Shown: piece by piece, positions 37,520 through 49,800 of the stretch
Layout: every line of letters begins with the position of its first letter
Numbering within the stretch: the stretch's first letter is position 1
DNA from: Heptranchias perlo
Lineage: Eukaryota
DNA: 64,000 bases
Direction: 5' to 3'
Assembly: GCF_035084215.1 (NCBI RefSeq)
Contig: NC_090368.1
Span: 3,348,001 to 3,412,000 of the forward strand
Notes under the pieces: model-generated
What the model saw: only the letters and a program-made list of their open reading frames with translations
The model's database searches: none
Told to the model about the DNA's origin: nothing
Position numbers and translations under genes: made by a program

Positions 37520-37890
37520 ACGGGTACGGTAGCATAGTGGTTATGTTACTGGACTAGTAAGCCAATTAGGCCCCGTGTCGTAAGTTCAAGTCCCACCATA
37601 ACACCTGGTGAATTTAAATTCAATTAATTGAATAAAATCTAGAATTTTAAAAAATTAGTAAAGGTGGCTATGAAACTACTGCCTTGTTGTAAAAACCCAT
37701 CCTTCAGGGAAGGAAACCTGCTGTCCTTACCCGGTCTGGCCTATATGTGACTCCAGACCCACAGCAATGTGGTTGATTCTTAATTGCCCTCTGAAATGGC
37801 CTAACAAGCCACTCAGTTACTCAATGAAGGTGGCTCACCACCTTCTTAAGGGCAATAAATGCTGGCCTTGCCAGTAACACCCACACCCAA
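37520..37890 (+). mobile_element. tRNA-derived SINE sharing its 3' tail with LINE family A
   Basis: A/B-box-like head (TAGCATAGTGGTT...GTTCAAGTCCC) and tail GGGCAATAAATGCTGGCCTTGCCAG. Other copies at ~61130-61595(+) and ~37280-37480(-, partial). Confidence 0.65.
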
Positions 37891-38330
37891 TGAATAAAAA
37901 AAAATCTGACAGCTACAGGGTCACTTCTACTGATATTTATTTAAAAAATGAATTCAAACTCTCAAAGCGCCATGGTGCAAATGAACTCAACATTCTCTGG
38001 ATTATTAGGCGGGGTCTTTAGATTGCTAGTCCAGTAACAGAACCACTACACTACATACCCATGCGGTAGCCCTGGTTACTCGGTGCTACAGTCTGGGTAA
38101 CTTTGATCTCTTGGAGTTGGCTCCATTGCCTTATGAAATCGGAGAAGAATTTCCCTCAGATTTCCTAACTGGCCGCTGGTATTTTTGTGTTTTTTTTGTT
38201 CCTCGGGAGTTAACATTACCTGCGGCTGGGGAGAGGGTGTCCCAGATTGTACTGGGTAGGTGATAAAATGAGGCACCCTTTTATCGCAGCTTTGTTTGGT
38301 GCAATTACCCAACCTGCTACAACCGAGTTT

Positions 38331-38516
38331 AGGTCATTTTAACCTTACTCGCCAGGCAGGAAGCCCACGGGATCGGGTGTAACGCTGGATGTTACACCCC
38401 ACCTGTTTTTCGACTCCAGGGACTTCAGTGGAGAGTAAAATCAGTCGGGGGGTGAAATCAGTGCTGCACCCGATCCCGTCAGTTTCCCGTCTGACGGGTT
38501 AGGTTAAAATTGCCCC
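38331..38516. mobile_element. Palindromic MITE-like element
   Basis: Imperfect terminal inverted repeats GGTCATTTTAACCT / AGGTTAAAATTGCC and internal complementarity (ACGGGATCGGGTG / CACCCGATCCCGT). Confidence 0.55.
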
Positions 38517-41200
38517 CAGGCCTAGAACTGTAACTGGGAAATCGTGTTTGACAGATCAAATAGAGTTTTTTTGAGGATGTAACTAGCAGGGTAGATAAGG
38601 GCGAACCAGTGGATGTAGTATATTTGGATTTTCAAAAGGCATTCAATAAGGTGCCACAGAAAAGGTTGTTACTCAAGATTAGGGTTCGTGGGATTGGTGA
38701 TAATATGTTAGCATGGATTAAGGATTGTTTAACGGAGAGAAAACAGAGAGTAGTGATAAACGGGTCATTTGGCAGTCTGTAACTAGTGGGGTGATGCAAG
38801 GATCGGTGCTTGGGCCTCAGCTATTTACAATCTATAATGATTTAGATAAAGGGGCCGAGTGTGATGTATCTAAGTTTGCTGATGATACAAAGCTAGGTGG
38901 GAAAAGAAGACACAGAAGTCTGCAAAGGGATATGGACAGATTAAGTGAGTGGGCAAGAAGGTGGCAGATGGACTATAATGTATTATAGATAATAATCCAT
39001 TTACAAGTTTGCTCGAATTTAGAAGAGGAGATAAGTGCAAACCGAATAGGGATTTCTTTAGTGCGGTGAGAGGAGAAACTACTTGCAATGGCTTTGCAGA
39101 ATCTTGACACCGCTGTTTGGTTCATACTGGGCACAAATTGGAAAAGCTCTAATAATTGTAACTGCAAAAAAAGCTTTTCACCCTGGCCGCGCCCTAAGAG
39201 AATAAAAAGTTACAGGGTGATTGTTTTGGACTGGAGGAGGATATCACTGGTCTCCATCAGCGTGTGGAAAGCCATTAAATGCTTTGGGAAATTTTATTGC
39301 GGGCACAGGCATTGCTTGTTGATCTATGTTAAGGACATTTTAAACATAGCTGGAATATTTCCCCTAATCGCTATTTATAGCGCAAACAAGCTCTTTTGGA
39401 CTGAATTACGATGTCGCTGGAAGAAACAAACAGAAGGAATTTCCCCCGCTCCCCACTTGATGCAGGGAGGATGTTCCCGATGGCTGGGGAGTCCAGAACC
39501 AGGGGTCACAGTCTCAGGATACGGGGGATGCCATTTAGAACCGAGATGAGGAGAAATTTCTTCACTCAGAGGGTGGTGAACCTGTGGAATTCTCTACCAC
39601 AGAAGGCAGTGGAGGCCAAGTCATTAGACGTATTCAAGAATGAGATCGATATATTTCTTAATGCTAAAGGGATGTGGGGAAAAAGCGGGAACAGGGTACT
39701 GAGTTAGACGATCATCCATGATCATTTTGAATGGCGGAGCAGGCCCGAAGGGCCGAATGGCCTACTCTTGCTCCTATTTTCTATGTTTCTACGATGCCGT
39801 CAATACTTAGCGATTAGAGGCCATATCTCCCATCCCCCCCATTCTCCACCCACCCCCTACGGTTTGATGTCTCCCTGCTCGAAGTTGCTGCCTGAAAATC
39901 GTGAAAACTAGAAAGGGCAACACGGCCTGGGACCTGTATTGGGAGATTGGATGGGAATAAGGTTTGCCCACTGTGGATGTGAGGAATGTGCAGGGGGTTC
40001 AGTTAATGGCGACTCTCGGTAATGGAACACAGCCACTTTGTAACTGGGGAAATAACAAGCACGGATCTGTATTTGAAGCAAGGTTGCATTGATTTTAGAT
40101 CCTGATGCAGCCTCTGATGGAGCACTGTTACCGCATGTCCTACTGCACCTAAATCTATCGGCGGAAGGGGGCAGGTGACTATTATGTGCCTGTTGTATTA
40201 TTCGGGCAGTTTCTCACCGTCTCTGACCCACACTATGTACTAGCACCCTCACGGTGCGTGTGAGACACGCTGAGAACCCGTACCAGTGCCTTTCAGCACC
40301 AGCTGTGTTAATCTATTTACTTCCCAATGGCTGGAAAGTAAACCTTTGCTCCGGAGTGTACACCAGATGTGATACATTTTATCAGCCCGATCCATTTGTC
40401 ACATTTGAGATCCTGTTTTCAATGCGTGCCCAAAATATCAAAAACAAATTCGCGGCGCTGTTTCATATTTCACTGGAAATTTTCCTCCTGATCTGCAACT
40501 GGGAGTGTAACGCTACACCTTTAGTTCATAAATAAGGGGGAGACCAGAACTAGGGGCCATAAATATAAGAGAGTCACTTATAAATCCAATAGGGAATTCA
40601 AGAGAAACTTCTTTACCCAGAGAGTGGTGAGAATGTGGAACTCACTCCCACATGGAGTGGTTGAGGCGAATAACAGAGATGGATTTAAGAGGGAGCTGGA
40701 TAAACACATGAGGGAGAAAGGAATAGAAGGATATGCTGATAGGGTGAGATGAAGAGGGGAGGGAGGAGGCTCGTGTGGAGCATAAACGCCAGCATAGAGC
40801 AGTGGGGCCGAATGGCCTGTTTCCCTACTGTACATTCTATGTGTTATTGTAAATTATTCTCTATCAATGCCCTTCAATGTCCCTGTAAGAGATGACTAAA
40901 GACGGACCACTTTAAGTCCATGGCTGCATATCATTTATTAACACAAGTTCCAATCACCGTCTAAAGGGCGGTCTGTCCCCATTCTACACACAGCGGAAGT
41001 TTACACACAATGATACTGGGGACTGTTCTACAGAAAGATCCATGTCACACTCGCTTCTGACACGGTTAAACATTGGGGTCGTTTCCCCAAAGTGAAAATG
41101 CTTCAGCGGTTACATTGCAAAGAGGCGGGTTCCACACATCGAATCATTTGTCCCCATAATATCGCACATGACCAAACTCTTCACACCAACTCCCGCCGCC

Positions 41201-41529
41201 TCAGTCCGAACAGGCGGTGGCGCTGATGCTCCTTAGAAGAGGCGAGTTCAGGGAGCTGTGGCTGATTTTACAGGAGTAGGTTGAACCCTTGTTCCAGTCA
41301 GCGGCGGGGACGCTCAGGTAACTGCTCAGGGTGTAGGTGTGATCGCTGTCCGGGGACACGACGCCTGTGGTCACCCCGCTCTCCGTGTCTTTGCCATCGA
41401 TGCTCCAGAGGACTTGCGCGGAGCCTGGCTTAAAGCGACTCACCAGGCAGGACAGAGTGGCCGACCCGGAATCCACCTCTTCCGAGGAGGGAGGGAGGAG
41501 AAGAACGGAGGGGCTTCGTGCCTCGCTGC
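41201..41529 (-). CDS. IgL sigma-cart constant exon, copy 2 (inverted), same protein sequence as copy 1
   Basis: ORF 41201-41566 translates identically to 32728-33093; acceptor at 41530-41531; AATAAA on the minus strand at 40934-40939. Confidence 0.93.
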
Positions 41530-42759
41530 CTGTTTGTGTGTGTGTGAGGGGAGAGAGGACATGCATTAGTTTCTGTAATCAGTCAGTAATAGGACACTGA
41601 CCTCAATCTGTTTAGACAGCGAAATATCCCCCAAACCACATTCACAGTCAAATAAATTACTGATTGATGCAGGAGTCTGAATATTACACACATCGAATTT
41701 ACAGCACAGAAACAGGCCATTCGGCCCAACTGGTCTGTACTGGTGTTTATGCTCCACACGAGCCCCCTCTCACCCTATCAGCATAAATTCACATTTAAAT
41801 AAATTACTGATTGATACAGGAGTTCCAGTAAATGCTCATATATATATAATCCACTGCTCATCTGCCGATTCTTTTGCCTACGTTACAACAGTGACTGCAC
41901 TCCAAAGGCTGTAAAGCGCTTTGGGATGTCCTGAGGTCCTTTCAGGCGCTGTTAAATGCAAGTCTTTCTTATAATAAAGTAAAATAAGAGAAAATGGTGG
42001 AAATACAGACCAGACAAGGAATTGACCAGTTCAGACACTCCCCAAAACCGCACTGTCCCCGTTACAGATACTGACCGACCTGCTGTGAATATACAGAATT
42101 ATCTACTTTTGTTTTATTTCCAATAATTAAAGTTTTTTTTCTTTTTATTTGAATATAACAACGCGTTTGATGGTCTTAAAATACATTCAGTGTTAACTTT
42201 GAAGAGATGAGGTCACGGAGCTGTGACCCGCTTTTCGCCGCTTCTCCCGCCAGCCGAGAGTCTACATATTTTCTGATCTCTCAAACTGGGGCCAGCGCAG
42301 ATTCACCAGAATGAGACCGGGGCTAAAAGGGTTAAATTACGAGGACAGGTCGCACAGACTGGGCTTGTATTCCCTCGAGTATAGAGGGTGATCTAATCGA
42401 GGTGTTTAAGATGATTAAAGGATTCGATAGGGTCGATAGAGAGAAACTATTTCCTCTGGTGGGAGAGAGTCCAGAACAAGGGGGCAGAACCTTAAAATTA
42501 GAGCCAGGCCGTTCAGGGGTGATGTCAGGAAGCACTTCTTCACACAAAGGGGAGTGGAAATCTGGAACTCTCTCCCCCAAAAAGCTGTTGAGGCTGGGGG
42601 TCAATTGAAAATGTCAAAACTGAGATTGATAGATTTTTGTTGGGTATTAAGGGTTACAGAACCAAGGCGGGTAAATGGAGTTAGGATACAGATCAGCCAT
42701 GATTTAATTGTAAACAATTTTACAACACCAACTTATAGTCCAACAATTTTATTTGAAAA

Positions 42760-42796
42760 TCACAAGCTTTCGGAGGCTTCCTCCTTCCTCAGGTGA
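42760..42796 (-). ncRNA. Minimal hammerhead ribozyme motif (Penelope pLTR)
   Basis: Minus strand TCAC-CTGAGGA-A-GGAGG-AAG-CCTCC-GAAAGCTT-GTGA. Confidence 0.72.
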
Positions 42797-44789
42797 ATGT
42801 GGAAATGAAATCCTCGAACCTATCGCATTTATAAATCACAGAACAATACCTGGTGATTACAGACAGTCTTTCCAACTGCCCGTTGCCAAGGCAATCAGAG
42901 TGTGCAGACAGAGAGGTGTTACCTACAGGGTCACCGAATATAAAACAACCAAAAAAAAACAGAGAGAGAGAGGCAGAAACATAGAAACACCCGGAAGGAA
43001 GAGAAAGACAGCAAATGACCCGTTATATTAAAAACAGATAACTTTTATTCGCTGGTGGGGTTATGTGTAGCGTGACATGAACCCAAGATCCTGGTTGAGG
43101 CCGTCCTCATGGGTGCGGAACTTGGCTATCAATTTCTGCTCGACAATTTTGCGTTGTTGTGTGTCTCGAAGGCCGCCTTGGAGTACGCTTACCCGAAGAT
43201 CGGTGGCTGAATGTCCATGACTGCTAAAGTGTTCCCCGACTGGGAGGGAACCCTCCTGTCTGGCGATTGTTGCACGGTGTCTGTTCATCCGTTGTCGCAG
43301 CGTCTGCATGGTCTCGCCAATGTACCATGCTCTGGGGCATCCTTTCCTGCAACGTATAAGGCAGACAACGTTGGCCGAGTTACAGGAGTATGAACCATGC
43401 ACCTGGTGGGTGGTGTCCTCTCGTGTGATGGTGGTATCTGTGTCGATGATCTGGCATGTCTTGCAGAGGTTGCCGTGGCAGGGTTGTGTGGTATCGTGGA
43501 TGCTGTTCTCCTGAAAACTGGGTAACTTGCTGCGAACGATGGTCTGTTTGAGGTTGGGTGGCTGTTTAAAGGCGAGTAGTGGAGGCGTGGGGATGGCCAT
43601 AGCGAGGTGTTCGTCGTCATTGATGACATGTTGAAGGCTGCGGAGAACATGGCGTAGTTTCTCCGCTCCGGGGAAGTACTGGACGACGAAGGGTACTCTG
43701 TTGGTTGCGTCCCGTGTTAGTCTTCTGAGGAGGTCTATGCGATTTTTTGCTGTGGCCCGTCGGAACTGTCGATCGATGAGTCGAGCGTCATATCCCGTTC
43801 TTACGAGGGCGTCTGTAGGTGTCCATCGCGTTCCTCCTCGTCTGAGCAGACCCTGTGTATTCGCAGGGCCTGTCCATAGGGGATGGCCTCTTTGACGTGG
43901 TTGGGGTGGAAGCTGGAAAAGTGGAGCATCGTGAGGTTGTCCGTGGGCTTGCGGTAGAGTGAGGTGCTGAGGTGCCCATCTTTGATGGAGATTCGTGTGT
44001 CCAAGAAAGAAAATGATTCTGAGGAGTAGTCCATGGTGAGCTTGATGGTGGGATGGAACTTGTTGATGTTATCGTGTAGTCTCTTTAGTGATTCTTCGCC
44101 GTGGGTCCATAGAAAGAAAATGTCGTCGATGTATCTGGTGTATAGTGTTGGTTGGAGGTCCTGTGCAGTGCAGAAGTCGTGCTCGAACTTGTGCATGAAA
44201 ATGTTGGCGTATTGGGGTGCGAATTTGGTCCCCATGGCTGTTCCGTGTGTTTGGGTAACTTCAGGACTTCTTCACTGCACAAGTTCCATCCCACCATCAA
44301 GCTCACCATGGACTACTCCTCAGAATCAGTTTCTTTCTTGGACACACGAATCTCCATCAAAGATGGGCACCTCAGCACCTCACTCTACCGCAAGCCCACG
44401 GACAACCTCACGATGCTCCACTTTTCCAGCTTCCACCCTAACCACGAAAAATCGCATAGCCAAGTTCCGCACCCATGAGGACGGCCTCAACCGGGATCTT
44501 GGGTTCATGTCACGCTACACGTAACCCCACCAGCGAACAAAAGTTATCTGTTTTTAATATAATGGGTCATTTGCTGTCTTTCTCTTCCTTCCGGATGTTT
44601 CTATGTTTCTGCCTCTCTCTCTCTGTGTTTTTTTTTGGTTGTTTGTATATTCGGTGACCCTGTAGGTAACACCTCTCTGTCTGCACACTCTGATTGCCTT
44701 GGCAACGGGCAGTTGGAAAGACTATCTGTAATCAGCAGGTATTGTTCTGTGATTTATAAATGCGATAGGTTCGAGGATTTCATTTCCAC

Positions 44790-44830
44790 ATTCACCTGAG
44801 GAAGGAGGAAGCCTCCGAAAGCTTGTGAAT
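44790..44830 (+). ncRNA. Minimal hammerhead ribozyme motif (Penelope pLTR)
   Basis: ATTCAC-CTGAGGA-A-GGAGG-AAG-CCTCC-GAAAGCTT-GTGAAT. Confidence 0.72.
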
Positions 44831-45374
44831 TTCAAATAAAATTGTTGGACTATAACTTGGTGTTGTAAAATTGTTTACAATTGTCAACCCCAGTCCAACA
44901 CCGGCATCTCCACATCATGATCTAATTGGACAGCAGAACAGGTTTGAGGGGCTGAATGGCCTCCTCCTGTTCCTATGGTCCTTTAACCTTGGGGCGCATC
45001 GAACTAACAGAGGGAACCGCGGGCCCGGTTTACACAATTTATCGGTTACCTGGAACACAAACCAAGGACTTTAATCCTGTAAAACCAATCTTTTAATTCA
45101 GGATCCATTAGATCTAGTCCGATAGAGAGACTGCAAACTATATCAGTAAATTCCTAACATTTTTTTTACTCAGCGAGTTGTTATGATCTGGAATGCACTG
45201 CCTGAAAGGGCGGTGGAAGCAGACTCAAAACTTTCGAAAGGGAATTGGATATTTAATTGAAAATGACAAATTTGTAGGGGCTATGGGGAAAGAGCAGAGG
45301 GAGCAGGACTAATTCTTTCAAAGAGCCAGCACAGGCACGATGGGCCGAATTTCTGTCCTGCATCATTCTATGAG

Positions 45375-46283
45375 ATCATAGAATCAGAGAAAGGTTACAG
45401 CGCGGAAGCAGGCCATTGGGCCCATCGAGTCCGTGCTGGCTCTATGCACGAGCATTCCAGCTAGTCCCACTCCCATGCCCTATCCCCGTAGCCCTGCACA
45501 TTTTTTTTCGTTTTAAGTATTTATCCAGTTCCCTTTTGAAGGCCATGATTGAATCTGCCTCCACCACCCCCTCGGGCAGTGCATTCCAGATCCTAACCAC
45601 TCACTGCGTAAACAAGTTTTTCCTCATGTCACCTTTGGTTCTTATGCAATCACCTTAAATCTATGCCCTCTGGTTCTTGACCCTTCCACCAATGGGAACA
45701 GTTTCTCTCTATCTACTCTGTCTGGACCCTTCATGATTTTAAATACCTCTATCAAATCTCCTCTCAACCATCTCTGTTCCAAGGAGAACAACCCCAGCTT
45801 CTCCAGTCTATCCATGTAACTAAAATCCCTCATCCCTGGAATCATTCTAGTAAATCTCTTCTGCACCCTCTCTAAGGCCTTCACATCTTTCCTAAAGTGC
45901 GGTGCCCAGAACTGGACACAATACTCCAGTTGTGGCCGAACCAGTGTTTTATAAAGGTTCATCATAACTTCCTTGCTTTTGTACTCTATGCCTCTATTTA
46001 TAAAGCCCAGGATCCCGTCTGCTTTTTTAACCACTTGCTCAACCTGCCCTGCCACCTTCAATGATTTGTGCACATATACCCCCAGATCTCTCTGTTCCTG
46101 CACCCCCTTTTAGAATTGTGCCCTTTAGTTTATATTGCCTCTCCTCATTCTTCCTACCGAAATGTATCACTTCGAATTTTTCTGTGTTAAATTTCATCTG
46201 CCACGTGTCCGCCCATTCCACCAGCCTGTCTATATCCTCTTGAAGTCTATCACTATCCTCCTCACTGTTCACTACCCTTCCAA
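45375..46283 (-). mobile_element. CR1 (HER1-like) LINE 3' portion
   Basis: [41 protein letters not shown]2 C-terminus. Confidence 0.9.
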
Positions 46284-46620
46284 GAGAATAGAAAATTTTT
46301 GGTTCACAATTTATAAATTTTTTTTAGAACTGAGTGTTAGGTACGGGCCTGCTTTCAAAAGTTGGGGCGATGCTAATTAAGGCGGGCATGTTACCGGGTA
46401 TTGAGAACCCGCTGAATAAAGAGAGCAGCGAGAGAGTGAGATGGAGAGAAAGTTGCCTTCAGCATCCATCAACCCATCTCACACACACCGAGTAAATGTC
46501 ACTCTACCGTAAAGCGTCAGTTCAAATCCTGAATTCCCGCAGAATGAAAACCGTCCCATTCTCGGTATTTAACGAATTTAGTCGCGGATAATTTGTGACT
46601 AAAGCAATCCCGCCTCTCAC

Positions 46621-46669
46621 CTGTTAAATGGATGAGCAGAGCCCACAGGAGATGCATCGCCGGAGCCAT
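46621..46669 (-). CDS. IgL leader exon, copy 2 (orphan: no V or J downstream; in frame with the C exon at 41529)
   Basis: Identical to 28572-28620 with an intact GTGAG donor. Homology to copy 1 stops 75 nt into the intron (46546). Confidence 0.88.
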
Positions 46670-46780
46670 TCCGCCGGACAAGCGACTGAATTCCCGATTA
46701 AACCGCGCGCTGTCGGACAGTCGCTGTAAACTCCGGGTCCCGATCCGGTTCCAGTGTCTGCAAACCGGAGACTCCGGGTC

Positions 46781-46817
46781 TATTTATTAACCGATATGCA
46801 AATCAGTGGGCGGGGCC
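46781..46817 (-). promoter_or_regulatory. IgL promoter, copy 2 (octamer, GC box and TATA-like all intact)
   Basis: ATGCAAAT at 46796-46803 on +, i.e. ATTTGCAT on the minus strand; same spacing as copy 1. Confidence 0.88.
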
Positions 46818-49800
46818 AGGAAGGTTTGTTTTTTAAAAAAAATCTATTTGTGACTTACTAAATTATTGTAAAATCTGAGCCTTTCATTTACAAATGTTTA
46901 ATCTCCAATTGGAGTTTCTGATACGGGAAGTTTCCTAAGATTTCGAAACCTTTTGCGTTTAATAAATATTAACTTGTAGGAATCTGTGTTTCACCCCAGG
47001 AAAATGAGGGGCTGATTGTGGAGATAGAGATTAGTTGATGCATTTAGGAACATAGGAACAGGAGGAGGCCATTCAGCCCCTCGTGTCGGACTAGCTGACC
47101 CACATCGCCCCGAGTCATTCGGATAACGCCCTGTTACCCTCTGATATACTGCTTGAGATTTCAAATCGATCTTTTCCCCTGAAATATATATTCCATAACA
47201 GACTGATGTCCGTTCCTTCAAATCAGCAGAGAGACGAGCCTGGTTTTATTAATCCGTTTACGATTCCTCTTCCAATTGTCTCAGGTATATTCTGGGCTTC
47301 AGTCTGTAAGTCATTTCTGATTTAAAAAGTGACGTTTTACATTCTGCCCCAGACCTAAGAGAAGATGGTACATTGTAGCCTGAGTCTCTCCTTTTAAAAC
47401 TCAGCATGGCAAACATAAATTGGTAGAGTATCATAAATACTGATAAGTGGCAAGTAACATTCGCGCCAGACAAGTGCCAGGCAATGACCATCTCCAACAA
47501 GAGAGAGTCTAACCAACTCCCCTTGACATTCAATGGCATTACCATCGCCGAATCCCCCACCATCAACATCCTGGGGGTCACCATTGACCAGAAACTTAAC
47601 TGGACCAGCCACATAAATACTGTGGCTAAGAGAGCAAGTCAGAGGCTGGGTATTCTGCGGAGAGTGACTCACCTCCTGACTCCCCAAAGCCTTTCCACCA
47701 TCTACAAGGCACAAGTCAGGAGTGTGATGGAATACTCTCCACTTGCCTGGATGAGTGCAGCTCCAACACTCAAGAAGCTCGACACCATCCAGGACAAGGC
47801 AGCCCGCTTGATTGGCACCCCATCCACCACCCTAAACATTCACTCCCTTCACCACCGGCGCACAGTGGCTGCAGCGTGTACCATCCACAGGATGCACTGC
47901 AGCAACTCGCCAAGGCTTCTTCGACAGCACCTCCCAAACCCGCGACCTCTACCACCTAGAAGGACAAGAGCAGCAGGCACATGGGAACAACACCACCTGC
48001 ACGTTCCCCTCCAAGTCACACACCATCCCGACTTGGAAATATATCGCCGTTCCTTCATCGTCGCTGGGTCAAAATCCTGGAACTCCCTTCCTAACAGCAC
48101 TGCGGGAGAACCTTCACCACACGGACTGCAGCGGTTCAAGAAGGCGGCTCACCACCACCTTCTCAAGGGGCAATTAGGGATGGGCAATAAATGCCGACCT
48201 CGCCAGCGACGCCCACATACCATGAACAAACTTAAAAAAATGATACTTTGCCTTTAATTTGATTCGAGTCGGCCCGCTGAGTGCAGATCCTGTTTTAAAC
48301 CCTGTTGCAGTTTAATTAGTGAGCGGGAAGGACAGATGATTCCGGGATTCTGGTATATTGAACGCTTCAAATCAGTTTGGAGTAAATTCTCCCACTCCCA
48401 CATTGAGTCTGGTTCATATTTTTAAAGCCAGATTGAAAATGGTTTGTGTCAGTTACTTGAGGCCGAAAGAACAATGTATTATATTATTAAGAAATGGGTT
48501 GTCGTCAAATGAAAAGTATTTTTGTTGAATTAAAACCTGAATTATGTAACTGTGGAGTTAGGCGTCCCTTAGAAAAACGCACAGAGTGGCCGGCAGAATT
48601 GTATCCAACAAGGAATTCAGGCAGGGTCAGCATTTACTGCACATCCCTAATTGCCCTTGAGAAGGTGGTGGTGAGCCGCCTTCTTGAACCGCTGCAGTCC
48701 GTGTGGTGACGGTTCTCCCACAGTGCTGTTAGGAAGGGAGTTCCAGGATTTTGACCCAGTGACGATGAAGGAACGGCCGATATATTTCCAAGTCAGGATG
48801 GTGTGTGACTTGGAGGGGAACGTGCAGGTGGTGTTGTTCCCATGTGCCTGCTGCTCTTGTTCTTCTAGGTGGTAGAGGTGTCGTGGGTTTGGGAGGTGCT
48901 GTCGAAGAAGCCTTGGCGAGTTGCTGCAGTGCATCCTGTGGATGGTACACACTGCAGCCACAGTGCACCGGTGGTGAAGGGAGTGAATGTTTAGGATGGT
49001 GGATGAGGTGCCAATCAAGCAGGCTGCTTTGTCCTGGATGGTGTCGAGCTTCTTGAGTGTTGTTGGAGCTGCACTCATCCAGGCAAGTGGAGAGTATTCC
49101 ATCACACTCCTGACTTGTGTCTTGTAGATGGTGGAAAGGCTTTGGGGAGTCAGGAGGTGAGTCACTCACCACAGAATACCCAGCCTCTGACCTGCTCTTG
49201 TAGCCACATTATTTATGAGGCTGGTCCAGTTACGTTTCTGGTCAATGGTGACTCCCAGGATGTTGGTGGTGGGGGATTCGGCGATGGTAATGCCGTTGAA
49301 TGTCATGGGGAGGTGGTTAGACTCTCTCTTGTTGGAGATGGTCATTGCCTGGCACTTGTCTGGTGCGAATGTTACTTGCCACTTATCAGCCCAAGCCTGG
49401 ATGTTGTCCAGGTCTTGCTGCATGCAGGCACGGACTGCTTCATTATCTGAGGGGTTGCAAATGGAACTGAACACTGTGCATTCATCAGCAAACATCCCCG
49501 TTGCTTACCTTATGATGGAGGGAAAGTCATTGATGAACCAGCTGAAGATGGTTGGGCCTAGGACACTGCCCTGAGGAACTCCTGCAGCAATGTCCTGGGG
49601 ATGAGATGATTGGCCTCCAACAACCACTACCATCTTCCTTTGTGCTAGGTATGACTCCAACCACTGGAGAGTTTTCCCCCTGATTGCCATTGACTTCAAT
49701 TTTACTAGGGCTCCTTGGTGCCACACTCGGTCAAATGCTGCCTTGATGTCAAGGGCAGTCACTCTCACCTCACCCCATCTCACCTCAGGCTGTGTTCTCA

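Larger units (their letters stand above)
42708..44917 (-). mobile_element. Penelope-like element (RT + GIY-YIG endonuclease), rearranged, with inverted terminal pLTRs, nested in a CR1 tail
   Basis: RT motifs GTAMGTKFAPQYANIFM and RYIDDIFF (43801-44235); GIY-YIG NVVCLIRC...WYIGETMQTLRQRMNRHR (43061-43600); ~430-bp inverted 3' repeats at both ends; TSD-like CATGATYTAATTG at 42698-42710 and 44916-44928. Confidence 0.92.

Noticed and set aside
41530-46620. Hidden V or J segment for the second IgL copy
   Set aside because: Scanning the minus strand found no FGxGT, WYxQ or YYC motifs and no RSS; the interval is TEs plus diverged J-C intron sequence.
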